From positions 1 to 64,000 of the forward strand of contig JABVCE010000007.1 of assembly GCA_014905635.1 (NCBI GenBank): a stretch of DNA of 64,000 bases, written 5' to 3'. Of this stretch, positions 11,178 through 28,816 are shown piece by piece (within the stretch, counting starts at the first letter, position 1; the number at the start of each line of letters is the position of its first letter). The notes beneath the pieces are model-generated. The model had not been told where the DNA came from. It saw only the letters and a list, made by a program, of their open reading frames with translations, and did not search any database. Both the position numbers and the translations under genes were made by a program. Origin of the DNA: Scenedesmus sp. PABB004 (taxonomy: Eukaryota).

Positions 11178-12152
11178 TCACTCTGCGGGGCCGCAGCCGC
11201 AGTCCTCCTCGCCCGCCACGGCGGCCGCCGCGGCGTTTGCGGCCGTGCCGAGGCGCTGCGCCAGGCCGAGCACCTGCCCGAGGTCTGCGTGCGCGCCGGT
11301 GGCCTGGTCGTAGTGGCTGAAGACGAGCGCGGGGCCGTCAAACACAAACAGCCCGCCCTGCTGCAACGCCTGCTCCTGCCGCGGCGGCAGGATGACCTGC
11401 CAGCGGGTCAACACGTCCCGAATGTCGTCCATGCCGCCGGGCGTGCGCATGCGCGCGAGGAAGGAGAGCGCGGTCTGCACGCGCGCGGGCGGCGCGGGCG
11501 CGGCGTTGCTGGTGCGGCGGCGGCGGCGCCCACGGCGGGCGGCGCGGCGCCGCGCGGCGGCGTACCTCGGTGCCGAAGAACGTCTGCCGCACGCCGCGGA
11601 CCAGCCCCAGCGCCTCGTACGTGCAGCTCTCCGGGTCTGCCAGCAGGCGGTCGCGGGGAAAGCCGGTCGCCTCGGCAAACTGCGCCGAGCGCTCCAGCGT
11701 GCCAATCGACACAAGGAAGAGCTTCACGCCGACGCTGTCCAGCGCGGGCAGCAGGTCACGCCGGAGCTGGATGGCCAGCTCCCTGCGGCGGCGCGGCGCG
11801 GCGGTCGGCGTGCTGCGGCCGGCGCCCGGGCGTGCGCTGCGGGCGCGCGGCGGCGGCCGGCGCCCAGGTGCGCGCGGCCAGGGCGCCCGCGCGGGGCGCA
11901 CCAGCACAAGGGTCATCCCATGGACCGCCCAAACGCGACCACGGCCTTGTCGCCGGGGCCCCAGAGGCTGGGCAGGTCCAGCGCCGCGCGGTCGCTCGAG
12001 CGGAAGACCGTCTTGCCGCGCAGCGCCTCGTACGCGTCCGGCCGCTGCGCCCCTGCCGCCGCACGCGCGACCACGACGCGCCGCACGCCCGCGCCGGCGG
12101 CGCCGAGGCGGGAGCTCGCCGGCGCCGCTGCCAGCGCAGCGCCGCGCCGCAT
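11178..12152 (-). CDS. Selenoprotein, peroxiredoxin-like 2 / AhpC-TSA_2 family (AAED1/SelU-like), probably plastid-targeted; in-frame TGA at 11913-11915 read as Sec
   Basis: Transit-peptide-like N-terminus, then [25 protein letters not shown]...LFLVSIGT...LLADP...QQGGLFVF...[10 protein letters not shown]; UxxC sits at the family CxxC position; 2 GT-AG introns. Confidence 0.9.
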
Positions 12153-12608
12153 GGCGGCGATGCTCTGCGCCGACGTGGTTGACGGGGTCAGCGCGCCCAG
12201 GGAGCCGCGCGCAGTGGGGAATTTGGGTCGCACTGCATGTGCAGCCGGCGGCGGTTTGTGGACAGCGGCGGCTCGCTTGCTCACTCGCCTTCCATCTTCG
12301 GCAGAGCCCAGCCGCCCGCCCGACACACGCCTGGCGCCCGCTGCTGGTGCGCCCGTGCTGCCCAGTGGCCCCCGCTCTCGAGAGCCTTCCTCTCGCGGCG
12401 GCCGCGAGAGGCGGCGCATCTCGAGAGCCTTCCTCTCGCCAGCCGCGGGGCCCGATCGGGGCGGTGCCGCGGCCCTCCCGCGCGCCCTCGGCGGCGTGGC
12501 TGCAGGCCGGCGGGAGCGGCGGGCAGCGATCGCCGCCGCCAACCGCAGCAGCGCCGCTGCTCGCGGCGGGTCGAGCGCACGCGCCGGCGGTGCGCGGCGC
12601 GCTGCGCC

Positions 12609-13102
12609 ATGTTCAACTTCCTGGGCGGCTACCACGGTGGCCGCTTCGAGGCCACGTACCGCGCCTTCCCGCTCGCGTTCATCGACAAGACGAGCGCTGA
12701 GTACGGCGACAAGGTCATCCTCCCGCCCTCCGCGCTCGACCGGCTCGGTACGCGCGCCGGCCCGCAGCGCAGCAGCCGGCCGCCGGCGGCCGCGCGGCGC
12801 GGCGCGGCGCGGCGCCGAGGCCGGCGCCGCCGCGCATGCACGCGCAGCGTCGCTGCACATCGAGTACCCCATGCTCTTCCGCGTCGCCAACGCCGCCACG
12901 GGGCGCTCCACGCACTGCGGCGTGCTGGAGTTTGTCGCGCAGGAGGGCCACGTCTACCTGCCCCGCTGGGTGGGGGCGCGCCGCCCGGCGGCGCCGACGA
13001 GCGCCTCACGCCCCCGCGCACGCCTCCCGCGCGCTCCCCTCCCCGCCCACCCCGCCCACCCCCGCCCACCCCCGCCCACCCCGCCCACCCCCGCCGCGGG
13101 GC

Positions 13103-13163
<61 letters not shown>

Positions 13164-14222
13164 GTGTGTGCGTGTGTGCACAGATGATGGCCAACATGCT
13201 CCTCACGGAGGGGCAGCCCGTGACGTTCAGCAACGTGAGCCTGCCCAAGGGCACCTACGTGAAGCTGCAGCCCGTGACCAGCGACTTCCTGGACATCAGC
13301 AACCCCAAGGCCGTGCTGGAGCGCACGCTGCGCTCGTACAGCTGCCTCACCGTCGGCGACTGCTTCGTGGTGCACTACAACAGCAGGGACTATGAGATCG
13401 AGGCGCGGCGCGCGCGCGGCCCGCTGCCGCGGCCGCGGCCGCCGAGCAGCGCGGCGCAGGAGGGGCGCGCGGCGGGGGCGGCGGCTCACCTCGCCGCCCG
13501 CGCGGCGGCGCCGCCGCCGCGTGCTCCCCCTCCCCCCGCCGCGCGCAGGTGCGCAGCGCCAAGCCCGGCGACGCCATCTCGATCATCGAGACCGACTGCC
13601 AGGTCGACTTTGAGGCGCCCAAGGACTACAAGGAGCCAGACTACGCAGCGCAGGCGGCCGCCGCAGCGGCCGCGGCCGCGCCGCCGCCCGCCGCCGCCGG
13701 CGCGGCGACGGGCGGCAGCGGCGCCGGCGCGGCCGAGGAGGCGGGCGACGCGGGGCCCGCGTTTGTGCCCTTTGTCGGCGCGGGGCGCCGCCTCGACGGC
13801 AAGCCCGCGAGCAGCAACGCGCCGCCGCCCGCGGCGGCCTCGGCGGCGGCCGCCGCCGCGGCGCGCGCCCGGCAGTCGGGCGCCGGCAGCAGCGGCGGCG
13901 GCAGCAGCAGCAGCGCCGTGACCGGCGGCGCCAAGCCGGGCACGTTTGTGAGCACCGGCAACCGCCTCGCCGACAAGCTGGCCATGGACAAGGCGCGGCG
14001 TGCTGCAGGGCCGGGGCGTGGAGGGGGAGGGGGGGCTGGGAGCGGCGCGCGCTGCGCAGCGCCGAGCTGCGCCGAGCTGAGCTGCGCTGCGGCTGCCGCC
14101 CCTGCCCGCCGCGCTCGCAGTTGCAAAAGCAGGCGCCGCCGCCGCCGCCGCCGGAGGAGGAGAAGGCCGAGGAGCCGGCGTTCAAGCCGTTTGCCGGCAA
14201 GGGCCGCAGCCTGCGCGGCTGA
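12609..14222 (+). CDS. UFD1: Ubiquitin fusion degradation protein 1 (CDC48 cofactor), 5 exons
   Basis: [54 protein letters not shown], and SHP boxes FVGAGRRL and FAGKGRSL; introns 3 and 4 are GC-AG. Confidence 0.97.
13103..13178 (+). repeat. (GT)n microsatellite in UFD1 intron 2
   Basis: Direct observation. Confidence 0.95.
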
Positions 14223-14444
14223 GCGGGCGGCGAGCGCGGAGCGCAGCGGTGGCTTGCGCGGGGCGTTGCTGTTGGCTGCCACGCCGCAGGCGCGCGGGTG
14301 CACTGCACTGCAATTGAGCCGTTCACCACCAACTCGCGACCGCGCGCACGCCCAGCACGCGGCGCCTGCCAGGACCCCGCCCCCTTCAGGCTCAGGCCTG
14401 CCGCCAGCCACGCCCAAGGAGCTCTGCTGCACCACCGCGCGCGC

Positions 14445-14934
14445 TCAGCGCCTGCCGTTGGTCGCCAGCGGCTGCGCCGCGCGCGCAGCCGGCTGGCCGC
14501 TCGCCGCCGCCACGGGCGTGCCGGCGGCGCGGGGGTCTGCCGCGCCGGCACCCAGCGCGCCCGGCCCGTCTGACGCGCCGGCCAGCGGCGGCTCGGGCCC
14601 GACGTAGCCGACGCTGAGGTAGGCGGCCGGCCCAGCGGCCGCGTCGGCCTGCGCCGACAGCGCCGCGTCCAGCCAGCGCGCGCGCGCCAGCACCCAGGCC
14701 TGCAGCTGCCCGGCCTCGGCGTCCAGCATCTCGGCCCAGCTGGCAAAGGGCGGCCCGTAGGCGGGGCTGTTGAGCGCGGCGGACCAGCGAGCAAAGTTGC
14801 GCGCGCCTGGCGCCGCGAGGCGGCGCTTGAGGCCGGCGATGCTGCCGGCCAGCCACTCGTCACTGAGCGGCCCGCCGCGCGCGCGCAGCGCCGCCCAGCG
14901 CCCGGCGGCAGCAGTGCGGAAGCCGGCCTCCTGC

Positions 14935-14965
<31 letters not shown>

Positions 14966-17169
14966 GGCCGTCAGCGACGTCGCTGAGCAGTCGACTGCTG
15001 AGCGCGCGCCGCCCGCGCTGCGCGTTGCCCGCGCCGCGCGCTGCCCGCGCTGGGCCTCGCGGGCGCGCACCTGCCACATCGCGCGGTACCAGGCGCTCAC
15101 GCCATCCTGCGGGTCCACCAGGCAGCGCCCCCGGTCCTGGCAGATGTTGAAGCGCCAGCCCGCCGCGGAGACGGCGCTGCCGCCGCTGGTGCCGTTGCTC
15201 GCGCCGTCGGCCTGGGAGCCTGCGCGGCGCGGCGCGGGGAGACGGCAGCTGAGCCCCGAGCGGCCGTGGAGGGGGGCCGGCGCCTGCCGGCCGCTGCGTG
15301 CCGCACCCTCGATCGGGTAGCCGCAGCACATGCCAAAGGCCTCGTTGTAGTCCCAGGGCGGCCCCATCACCAGCGGCCCGCCGGCGTCCTTGTGCATCTT
15401 GATGCTGCCGCGGTAGCCGTCGGGGTTCTTGGTCAGCTCTGCCGCGTGGGCAGCAGTGCGGCGCGTGGGCAGCGGCGCGGCGCGCGCGGGCGCGCTGCGC
15501 TCGCCCGCGGGGCGCCGCGGGTCTGGCCAGCCGGCGCGCTGCGCTCGCCCGCGGGGGCGCCGCGGGTCTGGCCAGCCGGCGCGCTGCGCTCGTCCGCGGG
15601 GGCCCCGCGGGTCTGACCAGCCGGCGCGATGCGCTCGCCCGCGGGGGCCCCGCGGGTCTGGCCAGCTGGCGCGCTGCGCTCGCCCGCGGGGGCGCCGCGG
15701 GTCTGGCCAACCGGCGCGCTGCGCTCGCCCGCGGGGCCCCGCGGGTCTGGCCAGCCGGCGCGCTGCGCTCGCCCGCGGGGGCCCCGCGGGTGTGGCCAGC
15801 CGGCGCACGCACCGGTGTGCAGGAAGTAGTCGACCGCGGCGGCCAGGTCCAGCAGCGCGCTCGTGTTGGCAAGGGGCGAGCGCAGCAGCGCGTTCTCAAG
15901 CCCTGCAGCCCACCTGCACCGCGCGGCCAGGCGGGGGCCAGGGCAAGGCGGCGGTCAGTGGGCTGGCCAGCGGCGGCGGCCTGCGCGGCGGCCAGCGCGG
16001 CGGCCAGCGCGGCGCCGGGCGCGGCGGGCGGGCGCGCGCGTGCGGTCACGTGGTGAGCCAGCGTATGACGGGCTCCGTCACGCGCGCGGCGCCCGGGTAC
16101 TCCACCAGCACCGACAGCCCGCTGAGCCGCGTCTCAAAGTAGACGTCCCCCGCGACGATGTTGTCGTTCTCGTAGGCCAGCAGGTACCCGCCTGCGCCGC
16201 CAGGTTGATGGCCACGGTGGGCGGGGGCGTCGGCACGGCCCCCAGCTGGGCGGCGCCGGCGCCCCGGCAGGCGTTCCCCTGCGCGCGGCGCGCGGCGCAG
16301 CGGCGCGGCGCGCACCCGAGAGGTCGGTGTCGGGGTTGAAGCGCGAGACGTTGACGCGGTGGGGCCCGCGGTCGGGGCGCTCCATCAGTAGGTACACGCC
16401 CGCGTAGTGCGCCGACGGCGACAGCGCCGTCCCCGGCTCCTGCGCGTGGCGGCGGCGCGGCGCGGCGGCGGCGCGTCGGCGCGGCAGCGGCGAGGCGGCG
16501 CAGGGCTGGCCCTCGCGCAGCAGCACGCGGTGCGGCGGCGGCGCGGCGCACGGTGTTGAGCAGCAGCTCGACGTAGCGCGTGCGCGACGCGTAGCGGCCC
16601 ATGCGCCGGAACGCGGCCATCGCCAGCCAATTCCTCATGCCCAGGCTGCGGTCGTTCTCGGGGCCGTGCAGTATCCATGTGGACGCGGCGGGCATGCCTG
16701 CGCGGCGGGCGCGGCGGGCTCGCGCGGCGGGCTGGTCGGGCTAGGGAGCGGCGGGCGCGCGGGGCTCACCCAGCAGGGCGACGTCCTGCGCGCGCGCGTC
16801 GGCGAGGCTGGCGGTCTGGTCGAGCAGCTTCAGCGCAAAACTCTTCTTGGCGTAGCCCACGGAGCTGCTGCCGCGTACGTGCAGCTCGGCCGGCGCGGCC
16901 GCGAGGTCGCCGCCGGGCCCGCCGCAGGTGCAGAGCTCCGCCGTCATCGGCGGCCCCTTTGCCGTCAGCGCCGCCTGCTCCGGCGTGGCGGGCACCTGCG
17001 CCGTGTCCCGCAGGCGCACCACCACCACCGGCAGGCCCGAGGCCGCGCGGCTGAAGTTGCCGAGCGCCGCGCAGCACGACGGCGGCGGCGCCCCGGCCGC
17101 GAGGAGCGGGGCGGCCACGACGAGGACTGCCAGGACGGCGGCCCCGGCGTGGGGCGAGGGGCGGCCCAT
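14445..17169 (-). CDS. Secreted CotH-family atypical protein kinase
   Basis: Signal peptide; ELHVRGSSS..YAKKSF, DRSLGMRN, YAGVYLLME, VDYFL..ELTKNPDGY, MGPPWDYNEAFG, WVLARARWLD; about 8 exons. Confidence 0.88.
15490..15802. repeat. Intronic minisatellite, 7 units of 44-45 bp, each with an internal palindrome
   Basis: Unit GCGCGCTGCGCTCGCCCGCGGGG(G)CSCCGCGGGTCTGGCCAGCCG repeated head-to-tail with no spacers. Confidence 0.95.
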
Positions 17170-17702
17170 CGGGGCTTGGCTGGTGCGGGCAAAAAAAGCC
17201 ACCTGCCGCCGCTGCGCGGGTCGCTGCGGCCTCGGCGCTGCTCACGGCGCGTTTGGAGCGCGGACGCGGCGACCGGGGCGCGGGAATGCGCCGCAACGGC
17301 GCGCTGGGTCGCTCGGCCCGGCGGGTTGCCGGGCAGCAGCGCGGGTTCAGGGCGTGGCGGCGGCGATGACGCAGCCTCGCGCGCGCGCCGCCTGGCGCGC
17401 TCAGCGGCCAGCGCCCTGGGTCCAAGCACGGCTATGGCGGTCGCGGGGCCCGCTCTGTTGTTGCCGCGGCGCCGTTTGCTCTCGCTCGCGGCGGCGAGCC
17501 ATCGCGCACCCGAACACGCTCCCAAGGCCACGGCCGCGCGGCGCCACCCCACCTGCGCGCCAGCCCTCGCTTGTTGTACACCCGACGCGGCCGCCGCCCT
17601 CGCGCAACTCGCATGTTGTACACACGCGGCGGCCCCGCGCCGCGCGCCGCGGCCGAGCCGCGCTCCAGCGCGCCGCGCGTCCGGCCGCCGCGCCCGCGCG
17701 CA

Positions 17703-18727
17703 TCACCGGAACGGCACCATCGCGTCCACGGTCGGTTCGCTGAGCAGCTCGGTCGGGTCGACGTACGGCGGCGGCCCCGCGGCGCGGTCGCCGCCGTGCA
17801 CAAACGCGTCGCCAAAGGCGGCGTAGATGGCGCCAAAGAGCAGGCTGATGGCGACGATGAACGGCGCAAACGCGAGGAACACGCTGCCGCCGAGCTTCAG
17901 CAGCTCCGCCGCACGCGGGATCAGGCCCTGCGCCGCGCCGTCGCGAGCCGGCGCGCGCAGCGGGTCGGCGCGCGCGGGGCGCGGGCGGGCGCGGCGCGCG
18001 CGGGCGGGCGCGGCGGGCTGGCCCGGGGGCGCGGGCCGGCTCGGAGCGCTCGCGGCGCCGCCGCGGGCGGCACCAGCGCGTCGCGCGCACCTCCAGGCCC
18101 TCGTTGACCATGGCGATGGAGCGCTGCCGCTGATCGCCCAGCTCGCCCGCGTCGCCGCCCGCCGGCCGCGTGCGCTGCCGGCTGCCCTGGCTGCTGCCCT
18201 TGCCCGTCTGGAACGGGCTCTTGCTGGTGGTGGTGGTCGACGCGCCTGCGCGCACGCGCGCGCGCAGGCGGCCGGGCGCGCGGGACGGGGTGAGGCGCAG
18301 GGCCGCGCCGCGCCGCGCCGTGCCCCGCCGCGTCGCTTCGCACCCGGGCCCGCGCTCTCGCCGTCCATGGAGTCGAGGCCGCGGCGCTTGAGCTCCTCCA
18401 GGAACATGGACTCCAGCTTGTCTGCGCGCCGGCGGCGGCGGGGCCCGCGTCGCGGCGGCCGCGCGCCAGCGAGCAGCGGCGGAGCCACGCACGCGGCCGC
18501 CGCGCAGCATGCGCGCCGCTGCCACGCCCGCGAGCCCGCCTGCGTCGCCGCGGTGCAGCGTGGTCGGCACCTGAGTCGCTCCCGTCGCCGGCGCGGGCCC
18601 GGACGGACCGCTGGCTGGCTCTGCTGCCCGGGGTGATGCCCAGCAGCGCGCGCCTGGCGCGGCCGGCGGGCGCGGCGGCGCCAGATCCGCGCGGGCGCGC
18701 GTGCCGCGCTTGGTGGAGAGCGCTCAT
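17703..18727 (-). CDS. Conserved green-lineage, probably plastid, membrane protein of unknown function, 4 exons
   Basis: Transit-peptide-like exon 1 (MSALHQAR...), DKLESMFLEELKRRG, QRQRSIAMVNEGLE|GLIPRAAELLKLGG, a hydrophobic segment, FVHGG...PPYVDPTELL. Confidence 0.8.
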
Positions 18728-19002
18728 GCTGCCTGCCGCTGCGCGCGGCGTGACAAGGGCCGGCCTCGGCGTGCGCGCGAGGCTGCGACGACGGGCTGGC
18801 GGCGTGGGCGGGGTGCGCGCGGGTCAAGGCGTCGCCGCGCGGCGGCGGCAGCCCGCAGCCGGCGAGAGGCCGCGCGTCGGGGCACACGGCGGAGCAGTGT
18901 TTTACGAACTGGCTGCCCGCGCCTCCCGTGCCGACCGCTGCGTGCGCGCGCCAGTGGCGTGCCCGGAACGCCAGAACGGCGCAGCTGCGCGCTGCCGCAG
19001 CC

Positions 19003-21580
19003 ATGGCGGCGCCCGCGGCAGTGGCGACGCTGGACGCGCTGCTCGCGCACGCCGCCGAGTACGGGCCGGCCGTCAAGGCCGCGTACCTGGAGCTGCACGA
19101 GGTGGGCCGCACAACCCACGACTGCCCAGCGCACGCCGGCGAGCGCGGGCTGCACACATCCACGACCGCCCCCGCCGACGCGCCGCCCCACGCCGCAGGC
19201 GTGGCGGGACCTGGAGACACCGGAGGAGGAGCAGCAGGCGGTGCTGGCGGCCGCGATGCGCGACGCGCTGGACGTTTGGCGCGGGGCCGTCGCGGCCGCG
19301 GCGCGCCAGCAGGCGGAGCTGCGCGCGGGCATTCAGGCGCTGCTCGCTGAGATCCAGGACGCCAAGGAGGCCCTCGGCGGCGCGCCGGACGCCGCCGCGG
19401 AGGCGGCGCTTGAGCGGCTGCAGGCCAGCCGCGGCGCGCACGCGACGCTGCGCGAATGGGAGGCCGACGTCTCGGCGCAGGCCGCGCGCTGGCGGCAGGC
19501 GACGCAGGCGCGGCTGGCCGAGTACGAGGAGCTGCAGGCGCGCATCAGCGCCGTGCGCCGGCTCTGCGGCCTCGCGGTGCTGCCGCCGGCGGCCAAGCCC
19601 GAGCTCCGCCCCGCGTCCCTCGAGTTCCAGCAGCTCGAGCTCACCCGCCTGCTGGCCGAAAAGGTGCGGCGCCGATGGGCGCAGCGCGCTCCGCCGCAGC
19701 GCTGCAGGCACACAGCCCCACCCGGCGCCGACGACGCGCACGCAGGAGCGGCGCGGCGACGTGCTGCGCTCCCTCCTCAGCGACCTGGGCGATGCGTGCG
19801 GCGAGCTGGGGGAGGACGCCAAGGCGGCCGCCGCGGCGGCGCACCCGAGCTTGGCGGCGCTCTGGTGAGGGGCGGCCGCCGCGCCCGCCCAGCTCGGGCC
19901 GGGCGCGCTGCTGACGCCCCGCGCCGCTCGGCGCACACGTCGCGGCCAGGGACGACGCGTCGGCGCGGGAGCTGTGCGGCGAGTACAGGCAGCTCCAGCT
20001 CGCCCCGCCGGCGGGCGGCGCGTCCCGTGATGGCGCTGACCTCAGCGATGCCACGATCAGCGCGCTCTCGGCGCAGCTCGCGGCGACGCGGGAGCTCAAG
20101 AGGCAGCGCAGCGCGCAGGTCGAGGAGCTGCTGGCCGTGCTGCGCAGCCTGTGGGAGGCGACCAGCGTCGACCCGCCCGCCCGCCTTGTCGCGCTCGCCA
20201 GCGGCCCGCAGCGCCTGCACGCGCGCACGCTGGACAAGGTGCGGGCCGAGGTCGCGCGCCTGGAGGAGGTGCGGGAGGCGCAGCTGGTCGCGCTCATCCG
20301 GGCCAAGGCGGACGAGCTGCGCGCGCTGTGCAGCGAGAGCCACATGCCGGAGCCGCCCAGCCTCGCGGCGCTGCTGCACGACCTCGGCGCGGAGGGCGGC
20401 GCGGGCGAGGCGCGCGAGCCCTGCGGCGCGGCGGAGCCGCTCGCCAAGGTTGTCGCCATGCTGGCAGAGGCGCAGGTGCAGGCAGCCAAGCGGCGCACGC
20501 TGGTGGCGGCCGTGTGCGAGGTCGAGGGCGCACTGCGCGAGGAGGCGTGGCTGGCGGCGTACGAGGCTGACGAGCAGCGCTACAAGGTGCGGCGCACGGC
20601 GCGGCGCGCCGAGGCCGGGCGCGCGGCACGCACTGCCAGGGCGCTGCTGGGCCGCGCGGCGTACCCTCGCTGCACGTGCGCAGGGCCGCAACGCCAACAA
20701 GAAGCTGCAGCGCGCCATCCGGGCGAAGAAGCTGCGCGAGACGCTGCCTGCCACGCTGGTGGGGCACGGCGGCGCCCGCCCCCGCCGCGCGGCGGGGCGT
20801 GCGCGCGACGACCGCGCGCCGCGCCGCAGGACACCCTGCGCGGCCTGCTGGCCGAGTGGCGCGACACGGAGGGCGGGCGGTTTGAGTTTGACGGCCGGGA
20901 CTACGAGGCACGCGGCGGGCTGCGCACAGCCGCGGCGCCACAGTGCGCGCGGGGCCGGGGGCGCCCCCGCCGTGCCAGCCCGCGCCCTGCCGCCGCGCGC
21001 CGCACGCGCCCGCAGGCCGAGGTGCTGGACGCGCTGGCGGCCGAGGTGGAGGAGGCTGCGGCGCAGCGCGCGACCAAGGCGCGCGCCTTGGCGGCGCGGC
21101 GCCAGTCGGTCGGGGGCGCCGCCCCGCTCGCGTCGCCCGCGCGCGCCAGCGCGGCGGGCTCGGCGGCGTCTGGCCAGGGCGGAGCGCCGCCCCGCGCCGG
21201 CAGCGCGTCGAGCCCGCCCGTGCGGCGCGCGGACGGCCCCGCCACGCCGATCGTGCTGCGCAGCCTCAGCGGGCGCTCGCTGGCTGATCGGCACAGCATC
21301 TGCGTGCCGATGCGCGGCGGGCGCGAGGTCGGGCCCGCCGCGCTGAGCCGCAGCGGCGAAGTGCGCCTCAAGGCACCCGTGCCACGCACCGCCAGCAGCG
21401 CCAGCTCCAGCAAGGACAAGGCGTCCCCAGCGCCAGCGCCCAGGTGCGAGCGGGCGCGGCATGCGGGCGGCGCTGCTCGCGACGCGCACCCTCTTTCACT
21501 CAACAGAGGCTGCCGGGCCCGCCGCGTGCAGGTCACTCGACCAGGGCGGTGCTGGCCGCGTGGTCGGCCGCGACGTCTAG
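19003..21580 (+). CDS. MAP65: Microtubule-associated protein MAP65/Ase1/PRC1 family
   Basis: Coiled-coil N-terminus, LRSLWE, EEAWLAAYEADEQRYK|GRNANKKLQRAIRA...LAEW...FEFDG; last exon (ending ...VGRDV*) inferred from branch point and acceptor at 21531. Confidence 0.85.
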
Positions 21581-21595
21581 GGTTTTCAGGGCTGA

Positions 21596-21950
21596 CTGGC
21601 GCGGCCGGCGGGCGCGGCGGCGCCAGATCCGCGCGGGCGCGCGTGCCGCGCTTGGTGGAGAGCGCTCATGTTGCCTGCCGCTGCGCGCGGCGCGACAAGG
21701 GCCGGACTCGGCGTGCGCGCGAGGCTGCGACGACGGGCTGGCGGCGTGGGCGGGGTGCGCGCGGGTCAAGGCGTCGCCGCGCGGCGGCGGCAGCCCGCAG
21801 CCGGCGAGAGGCCGCGCGTCGGGGCACACGGCGGAGCAGTGTTTTACGAACTGGCTGCCCGCGCCTCCCGTGCCGACCGCTGCGTGCGCGCGCCAGTGGC
21901 GTGCCCGGAACGCCAGCACGGCGCAGCTGCGCGCTGCCGCAGCCACGGCG
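21596..21950 (+). repeat. Dispersed duplicate (about 355 bp) of the bidirectional promoter region 18654..19008
   Basis: Near-identical sequence at offset 2942; the MAP65 ATG is ACG in the copy. Confidence 0.93.
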
Positions 21951-22175
21951 CCGCGCGTGGGAGGCCGACGTGTCAGCCGAGCGCGGGCGGCACCGCATGG
22001 CCGAGGACGCGGCGAGGGAGCGGCGGGGGTCTGTACAGCGCCCGGCTCACGCACAAGCCCCGTCCGCCGACCGCTGCAAGCGTCCCGGCCTCGCCTGCCT
22101 AAGTGCGACAACCCCGCAGCGCTCCGGTCAATCAAATGCGCACCCGCGCGGCGCCGCCGCCGCGGCCGGGGGTGC

Positions 22176-28028
<5,853 letters not shown>

Positions 28029-28816
28029 GCCGGCCCGGCGCGGACCCGCGGGCCAGGGGCCGCCCCTGGCAGCCTGCTCGGCGGCGCGCTGCGCGGGGCG
28101 GGCAGGCGGCAGCAGCAGCGGCGGCGCCGCGCGGCGGCGGTGGCGCGTCTCAGGCGCTGCAGCGGGGGCTCAGCAGCACGCGGCTGTGATCGATTCGCCG
28201 GCGAGGGCGTGAGGGCGCTCGCTCGACGGCGCCCCAGCCCACCTGTTGTTTCGAGCCGTTCTGCGCTGTGTGGCGGCCCGGGCGCCCCTGGCGCGGCTGG
28301 GAAGTGATGATGTACGCGGGACCGCGGGCTCGGTATGCACCTAGGCGCCGCCCGCCGCGGCAGCGAGCTCGAGCCCTGCCGGGCCGTCCAAGTCTGTGGC
28401 TGGCGCTGCACACGGGCCTACGGCCGAGCGCGACCTGGCCGAACGACGCGGCCGCGAGCGCCTCTCGCTCGCGGCGCGACCTGCACCGGCAACGAGATGT
28501 AACCGAACCCGTCATCGCGTTTCTCGCTCTGGGGCGCATCCCGCACCCGCGGACGCGCATTGGCGCGCGCATCCGTCCTCCGCAGCGTCCTACCGCTCGG
28601 CCGAGGCACCCCCGCGCCTGCTGCTCAGGCCGCCGTCTGCCCGCTGCCGGCGGCCCAGCCCGCCTGGTTGCGCCCCGCAAGGATGCCGGCGGCCCGCTGA
28701 CGGGCGCGGGGCCCGCAGTACCAGGCGTACGGGGCGTGCCGGCGCAGCCGCAGCAGCGCCGCTGCTGGCGGCTGCGGTCGAGCGCAGCGCACGCGCCGGC
28801 GGTGCGCGGCGCAGCC

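Noticed and set aside
11913..11915. Premature stop making the AhpC/TSA gene a pseudogene
   Set aside because: The TGA sits at the redox Cys position, the downstream frame is intact and a SECIS is present, so Sec recoding fits better
15490..15802. CRISPR-like array of palindromic repeats
   Set aside because: Units are contiguous with no unique spacers, lie in a eukaryotic intron, and there are no cas genes
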